DNA from: Desulfobacterales bacterium
GTDB lineage: Bacteria; Desulfobacterota; Desulfobacteria; Desulfobacterales; UBA5852
NCBI GenBank assembly: GCA_050124295.1
Contig: JASFFM010000003.1
Location: 1 to 33,125 of the forward strand
Direction of reading: 5' to 3'
DNA: 33,125 nt
The notes under the pieces were generated by a model. That model did no database searches and was not told the DNA's origin. It saw only the letters and a list, made by a program, of their open reading frames with translations. Made by a program: the position numbers and the translations under genes. Shown one piece after another: positions 27,913-33,125 of this stretch. How positions within the stretch are numbered: position 1 is the stretch's first letter; each line of letters opens with the position of its first letter.

Positions 27913-29676
27913 ATGACCGCCCCCCATCCCGAAGATAACATCCTGGCCTTGCGCCAGCATCTGGCCATACAGCGAAGCGAAATCCTGGCCCTGGCACCGG
28001 AAAAAGCGCTGGCGCGGATCTTGGAACACCCGCAGCCCGCGGCCCTGGTGCATTCCTTCCCTGAAGAAGATTGGCATGTGCTCATCCACGAAATCGGTCC
28101 GGACGACGCAGGGCCCTTAATTGCTCTGGCGGCCCATAAACAGCTTGAATACCTGCTGGACCAGGAACTCTGGCAGCGGGACCGCATCGATTTCGACGCC
28201 GCTCGGCGATGGCTGGCGCGCTTGATCGGCGCCGAATCTTCCCCCGCCCGTATGGTGCGTTGGCTGGCCAAAGAAAAAACGAACCTGATCGAACTTTTTC
28301 TTAACCGGTCCATCGAAGTCCAGATCCGTGAGCACGACCAGGAGGCTTCCATTTTCGGACCGGATTTTTTCTCCTATGACAATGTTTTTTATATCCGTAT
28401 CCTCGCCCCTGAGGAGGATTCCGGACCACCCGGCCCCAAGAAAACCGAGACGCTCTCGCAAAACCTCATCAAGCGCCTCTTAGACCAACTGGCGGAAGAC
28501 GATTTTGTTCGCTTTCAGGGAATCCTGCTGGAGGCGGCCAACGTGCTGCCGGCGGAAATCGAGGAAGAAGCCTACCGCCTGCGCACCGTGCGCCTGGCGG
28601 AAAAAGGGTTTCTGCCCTTCGAGGAAGCCGTCGGCCTCTACCAGCCGATAAGCGATCGGGATTTCCACCAGAAAGGGCAACGTCAGCAAACCATGATGCC
28701 CGCGCAGCCGGATCTCTTTCCCATGGTGCCCATGACCGTGCTCTCCGAGGGCAACCTTTTCACAGGCGCCCTCCAGCATATCGATCACCCGGAGCAGCGC
28801 CAGGCGCTGCAGGAAGAATTTGCGGCGCTATGCAACCGGTTGATTGTTGCCGATCAGCAAAAAATCGATCGCCGGGAGGCCCTGGCGGCCGTCGTTGCCA
28901 AGGCCAGTGGCTATCTCCACATGGGCCTCCAAAAGCTTCTGCCGGGAGATGCCCCCTCGACGACCGGTGCCCAGGCGGCCGCACGGGCCCTGCGGGGTTA
29001 TCATCTTGAGGCCTTGTTTAAACTGGGGTACAGTGACGCCCTGGCGCTGAAGCGAACCGCCGAAGAATGGGTTCACCGAAGCTGGTTTGCGGCACGGGGG
29101 TTGTCGCTGACCTTCTGGGGTGAAACCTGGCTGGGGGTTATCGGGGGATTGCTGATCAAACGGCCGCTGTGCTTTGACAACTACCAAACCGGCCGCATGT
29201 ACAGGGAGTTTGCCCGCCGTGAAGACCTTGTCTGGAGCCGACACCAGTTGGAGCAGGTCAAACTTTGGGACCATTTGCTGGAACGCATCGACCCGGCCCT
29301 TGCAGCGCCCTCGACGTATGGTTTTCTCTCCTATAAGAATCTGCTCCTCACCCTTTGGGCACGGCACTGTCTGTCTCTGCCGGAAGAGGTAGGTCATATC
29401 CCGGCCGCAGCCTTTCAGCCTTTTTTCAAGAAGCTCTTTGGAGACCGGGCGACTTCCGGGACCACTTCCAAACCGCAAATCGACACGGCCCTGCGCACGG
29501 ATTTCTTAACCTGGCTGTCCCGCCGATCGAAACAACCGGCCTCTGAACTGTCGGCCATCGGCGCCTCACTGGAGGCTTTGTTTGTCGAACTGGAGGAATC
29601 CTACGGGCGTGTCCGGGTCGATCAGATCGATCCGCGCTTTATCAACCATTTTCTCCTCGAATCGCCGGCGCCGTGA
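27913..29676 (+). CDS. conserved hypothetical protein, DUF6178-like
   Basis: 587 aa soluble, helical-looking ORF; motifs PAALVHSFPEED, QLEYLLDQELW, EEEAYRLRTVRLAEKGFLPFEEA resemble DUF6178 from memory (not verified by search). Confidence 0.65.
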   Translation: MTAPHPEDNILALRQHLAIQRSEILALAPEKALARILEHPQPAALVHSFPEEDWHVLIHEIGPDDAGPLIALAAHKQLEYLLDQELWQRDRIDFDAARRWLARLIGAESSPARMVRWLAKEKTNLIELFLNRSIEVQIREHDQEASIFGPDFFSYDNVFYIRILAPEEDSGPPGPKKTETLSQNLIKRLLDQLAEDDFVRFQGILLEAANVLPAEIEEEAYRLRTVRLAEKGFLPFEEAVGLYQPISDRDFHQKGQRQQTMMPAQPDLFPMVPMTVLSEGNLFTGALQHIDHPEQRQALQEEFAALCNRLIVADQQKIDRREALAAVVAKASGYLHMGLQKLLPGDAPSTTGAQAAARALRGYHLEALFKLGYSDALALKRTAEEWVHRSWFAARGLSLTFWGETWLGVIGGLLIKRPLCFDNYQTGRMYREFARREDLVWSRHQLEQVKLWDHLLERIDPALAAPSTYGFLSYKNLLLTLWARHCLSLPEEVGHIPAAAFQPFFKKLFGDRATSGTTSKPQIDTALRTDFLTWLSRRSKQPASELSAIGASLEALFVELEESYGRVRVDQIDPRFINHFLLESPAP

Positions 29677-29848
29677 ACCGCCGCGCGCCATAAGTCCGCC
29701 GCGGCCGCTTCGGCCATGCCGGTCGAATCATATGGCCTATGGGAATGCCGGGCCACCAGAAGGTTGGGGCAAGGCAGATCGAGGGCTGTTGCCGCCGCCG
29801 CAGCTGGGCGAAACACTGTCCAAGGAAAATGCCATTTCTGGCCGGAAA

Positions 29849-31444
29849 TTAGCCGAGATAACTCCATGGTTGCTCCGGCCGCCCTTCCTGCTCTCCGATG
29901 ATTTCGAAGCACTTGACGGCACGGTCCACCATCTGAAGGGTGTGGGCTTCATCAATGTCAAACTGCTTCTGAACCGCCGCAAACGCTTTATCGTTGATCA
30001 AAACCTGTTCCGCGCGCGCCGAGGTGCAAATCGACTGAACCTCATTGACCAGATCTCCGATGATGGAGTAGCGCCGCGTTTTGGGAGCACCGATGCTTCC
30101 GGCCATAACCTGTCCGGTCGCCACGCCAATGCCGATCTCTAACAAAGGCAAATCCTCTTTCTCCCGCTGTTGGTTGATGGCCCCCAACAACTGCTGCATT
30201 TCCATCGCGGCGTTGACCGCCCGCAGCGGGTCATCATCGTGGGTCTGGGGCACCCCCCAAACAGCCAGCATCCGATCGCCTAAATATTTGTCAATCATCC
30301 CTTCATGGCGAAATACCACACCGGTCAGGTGATCGAAATGGTGATTGAGAAAATCGATCAGCTCTTCCGCCCCCAGCGAGTCGGTCAAGGGATGGAAGTC
30401 AATGATATTGGTCATGAGAAGCGTGGCCTGGTGGGGTTTTCCTTCCAGATCCACTTCCAGCTGTCCGGCAACGACCATTTCCGCCATTTCGGGGGAAAGC
30501 ACTTTGCGATAGCGGTCGCGCTCCAGGGACTCGCGGGTCACATTTTTGGCAATTTGCGAGTTGCGGATGAACATGGCCGCTTTATTGGCCATATTGGAGA
30601 GCAGATTTAGATCTTTTTCACCATAAGGCTTGTATGCCGCCCAGCGGTCAAGCAGGATCACGCCGTGTAAATCGTGTTCATCCAGGATCGGGACGGCAAG
30701 GGTTGAATGGGCTGGTGTCTCAACGAACTCGGGGGCCTCTCGCCCGGCGGAAACATTCGGATTCATCAACACCATGCCCTGGCCATGATCGGCGACAAGT
30801 TCGATCAGTGCAGGGGTAATCACCAGTTCGTCGTCCAGGTTTTTGGTTTTATAAGCATGAACGGAAAATTCACCCTTCGAGTCAAAAAGCATGACAACGC
30901 CTTGATCAAACTCCAGAATGTCGAAAATGCGATCCAACAGCCGCCCCAGAATAAAATCGACGTGTAGATCGAAGCCGATGTCGCGCTGCAACTCAAAGGA
31001 AATGCGAAGGCGTTCATAATCCGTCCGCAAAACCTCCTCGTCGATGATATTCGATTCGGGAAAGAAGTTATTGAGCTTCTCCGGTGCGACCTTGTAGAGA
31101 ATGTATTTCGCAAGCGTTGCCTCGTCATCCTCCTTGAAGTTGATCTTCCGGGCTTCCATCTGTTCGCGAAACAGGCAACGGGTGTTGCCCAGTTGAATTT
31201 CATCCCCGTCTTTGAGAAATACTTTCCCTTTGAGCCGCTCACCTTTGACGTAGGTGCCGTTGCGGCTGCCCAGGTCTCGGATCGAATAACCCTGTTCCTT
31301 TTCGAATGCGATCAGGCAGTGAACCTTGGATATCCCTGCTTCGGGGATCTTGATCCGGTTTTTGGGGTGTCGTCCGATGACGTTGTGATCGACGAGATTA
31401 TACTCGCTGCGCCCCAGTTTCGTGAAGATATATAGCTTAGCCAT
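29849..31444 (-). CDS. FHA-GAF-class III nucleotide cyclase-like protein with degenerate active site
   Basis: FHA (IGRH..ISKVH..DLGSRNGT), GAF-like (STLAVPI..GVILLD..YGEKDLNLL), cyclase (IDKYLGD, IGIGVATG, YSIIGDLVN); AAGG Shine-Dalgarno before ATG 31444. Confidence 0.88.
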   Translation of the reverse strand: MAKLYIFTKLGRSEYNLVDHNVIGRHPKNRIKIPEAGISKVHCLIAFEKEQGYSIRDLGSRNGTYVKGERLKGKVFLKDGDEIQLGNTRCLFREQMEARKINFKEDDEATLAKYILYKVAPEKLNNFFPESNIIDEEVLRTDYERLRISFELQRDIGFDLHVDFILGRLLDRIFDILEFDQGVVMLFDSKGEFSVHAYKTKNLDDELVITPALIELVADHGQGMVLMNPNVSAGREAPEFVETPAHSTLAVPILDEHDLHGVILLDRWAAYKPYGEKDLNLLSNMANKAAMFIRNSQIAKNVTRESLERDRYRKVLSPEMAEMVVAGQLEVDLEGKPHQATLLMTNIIDFHPLTDSLGAEELIDFLNHHFDHLTGVVFRHEGMIDKYLGDRMLAVWGVPQTHDDDPLRAVNAAMEMQQLLGAINQQREKEDLPLLEIGIGVATGQVMAGSIGAPKTRRYSIIGDLVNEVQSICTSARAEQVLINDKAFAAVQKQFDIDEAHTLQMVDRAVKCFEIIGEQEGRPEQPWSYLG

Positions 31445-31448
31445 GCGG

Positions 31449-33068
31449 TTACCTTTTACAGTTCTTCGTTTCAGTGGTCGCAACACCACTCCGTCGAACC
31501 GTTGCGGCGCAATCCGTTTGCGGCCCTGCTACCGATGGAAACAGGCCCGTATTCGTATGCGGGAGGAACTTGGCGGCGCTGAAACGATTCATGAAGGCCT
31601 GATTGACGTTGAGTTCCAGGTACGTGATGCGATCACGGATGTGGTCGAGACGTTTGAGGCTCGAAGGCTTTGTTAACACCATTTTAGCTCCCTCCAGCGA
31701 GCTGTTTCCCAGAGGGCGATAATGGTTCAAGGGCAAATCCGGAAGCATACCGATCGTGATGGCCGACCGCGGATCGATGAAAACACCAAACGTACCCGCC
31801 ACGAAAAAGGTCTCAATTTGCCCGGGTGTCATCCCCACCGCTTCCGTAATGGTTTCCAGGATAGTATACATTGCCGCTTTGGAGCGAATCAAGCTGTCAA
31901 GATCCGCCTGGCCAATCGTGAGCGGCTCGCCGGAACCGGTGGTGCCCGCTTCGGCAACGATCAAGCGCAGCTCGCCATCCACAGTGATCAAACGTTTCCC
32001 GCAGATCGAGGGAACGAACCGCCCCTGAATATCGATCATACCGCGGTCGAACAGTTGCGCAGCCAGATCAATGACACCCGACCCGCAAATGCCCAGCGGT
32101 GGTTTATCGGCGATGGTGCGCAACGCAAAACGACGCGCCTCTCCATGAATACGCACCTGATCGATGGCCCCCGGGCGGGCGGTCGTACCAATGCGGCTGA
32201 CGCCGCTTTCCAGCGCCGGTCCGGCCGCACCGGCACAGGCAATCAGCCAGTTCTGATTGCCCAGCACAACCTCAGCATTTGTTCCGACATCCACAAGCAG
32301 GGCCGTTTGGGAGCGGCGGTCCAAATTGCTGTAAAGGATGCCGGCGATCAGGTCGCCGCCAAAATAGCTGCCGATATTCGGAAAGACAATGACCCGTGCA
32401 CTGCTGGCAACCTTCAAACCCAGGCTGGCGGCCGATAAAAGACCTGGCCGGTTGACCACCGGGATATAGGGCTCCCGTATCATCCAGCGCGGATTCAACC
32501 CCATAACGAGGTGGGTCATGGTCGTGTTGCCGGCCAAAGCCAAAAGCGCAATACGCGACGGCACGATGGGCACCCCGCGGCAGAGCGCTGTAATGTTTCG
32601 ATTCAATCCTTCAACGACCAAGCGCCTGAGATGATGCAGACCATCTTCTTCATCGGCATAATGAACCCGGGTGAGCACATCCGGCCCGATGGCACCCTGG
32701 GGGTTGTCGAAGGAATCCTCCCGGAGCACTTCGGTGGTTTCAAGATTCAGCAGGCTGAGGGCGATCCGCGTGGTCCCCAGATCGATCGCCAGACCGCACA
32801 AAGGTTCGCGATCGGCGGCCCCGGTCAGGCCACAAACATGCCACGCGTCGCGGTCATGCACAAGCGCGCAGCGCAGGGCGAAGTCCCAGCGGCGCAGCAA
32901 GGTTGGCAGCCTTTGGAGAAGGGCCGGATCCAGTTGGACGGCGGCGCACCCCAGGCGCTTTTCTAACGCCCCTGCCAGGCGTTCCTGATCGGCCGTGTTA
33001 TTTGACAGCGAAGGGGGCTCGAGCACCAGGGTTTCAATCCAGGTGCTGCGCTGGTCTCCAGTATCCAT
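31449..33068 (-). CDS. ASKHA-type ATPase, RACo/DUF4445-like reductive activator family
   Basis: GLAIDLGTT, NPQ..GPDVLTR, AGNTTM, YFGGD, VDVGTNAE, GAAGPALE, GICGSG, AGTFG, GNSSLEGA. Confidence 0.88.
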   Translation of the reverse strand: MDTGDQRSTWIETLVLEPPSLSNNTADQERLAGALEKRLGCAAVQLDPALLQRLPTLLRRWDFALRCALVHDRDAWHVCGLTGAADREPLCGLAIDLGTTRIALSLLNLETTEVLREDSFDNPQGAIGPDVLTRVHYADEEDGLHHLRRLVVEGLNRNITALCRGVPIVPSRIALLALAGNTTMTHLVMGLNPRWMIREPYIPVVNRPGLLSAASLGLKVASSARVIVFPNIGSYFGGDLIAGILYSNLDRRSQTALLVDVGTNAEVVLGNQNWLIACAGAAGPALESGVSRIGTTARPGAIDQVRIHGEARRFALRTIADKPPLGICGSGVIDLAAQLFDRGMIDIQGRFVPSICGKRLITVDGELRLIVAEAGTTGSGEPLTIGQADLDSLIRSKAAMYTILETITEAVGMTPGQIETFFVAGTFGVFIDPRSAITIGMLPDLPLNHYRPLGNSSLEGAKMVLTKPSSLKRLDHIRDRITYLELNVNQAFMNRFSAAKFLPHTNTGLFPSVAGPQTDCAATVRRSGVATTETKNCKR

Positions 33069-33125
33069 AGCGACCGATCACTTAGCGGGAGGGATGGGGC
33101 ACACGGCCGGTTTGCTTTAGCGCCG

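Noticed and set aside
33069-33125. Selenocysteine read-through of the in-frame TGA upstream of the ASKHA gene to restore a ferredoxin domain
   Set aside because: A TAA occurs 13 codons further upstream in the same frame and there is no Fe-S motif in between.
1-33125. CRISPR arrays, tRNA/rRNA, transposases, integrases, prophage or defence genes
   Set aside because: No spaced direct repeats, cloverleaf motifs or such protein motifs were seen.

Overview
Gene-dense chromosomal segment with 27 protein-coding genes; gene content and protein styles suggest a Desulfobacterota (deltaproteobacterial) organism. Left to right: 5-formyl-THF cyclo-ligase, serS-thrC, a PilF/Tgl-like TPR lipoprotein, an AT-richer XRE-pilMNOPQ type IV pilus operon, a divergent histidine kinase/sigma54 regulator pair, a minus-strand run (YfgM-like TPR, PfkB kinase, SH3b protein, PflX-like radical SAM, FmdB zinc ribbon, recN, iorB, iorA), then rdgB, GTP-type PEP carboxykinase, ampG, a DUF6178-like protein, an FHA-GAF-class III cyclase-like gene and a RACo-like ASKHA ATPase. 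No rRNA, tRNA, CRISPR array or mobile element was seen. Best leads: (1) a tandem NrdR-box-like pair, 32 bp apart, upstream of the pilus operon, which could link dNTP sensing to pilus/DNA uptake; (2) a cyclase lacking two key catalytic residues but with an intact FHA domain, tightly coupled to a ferredoxin-less RACo-type ATPase. All family calls come from motif recognition by eye, not database searches.
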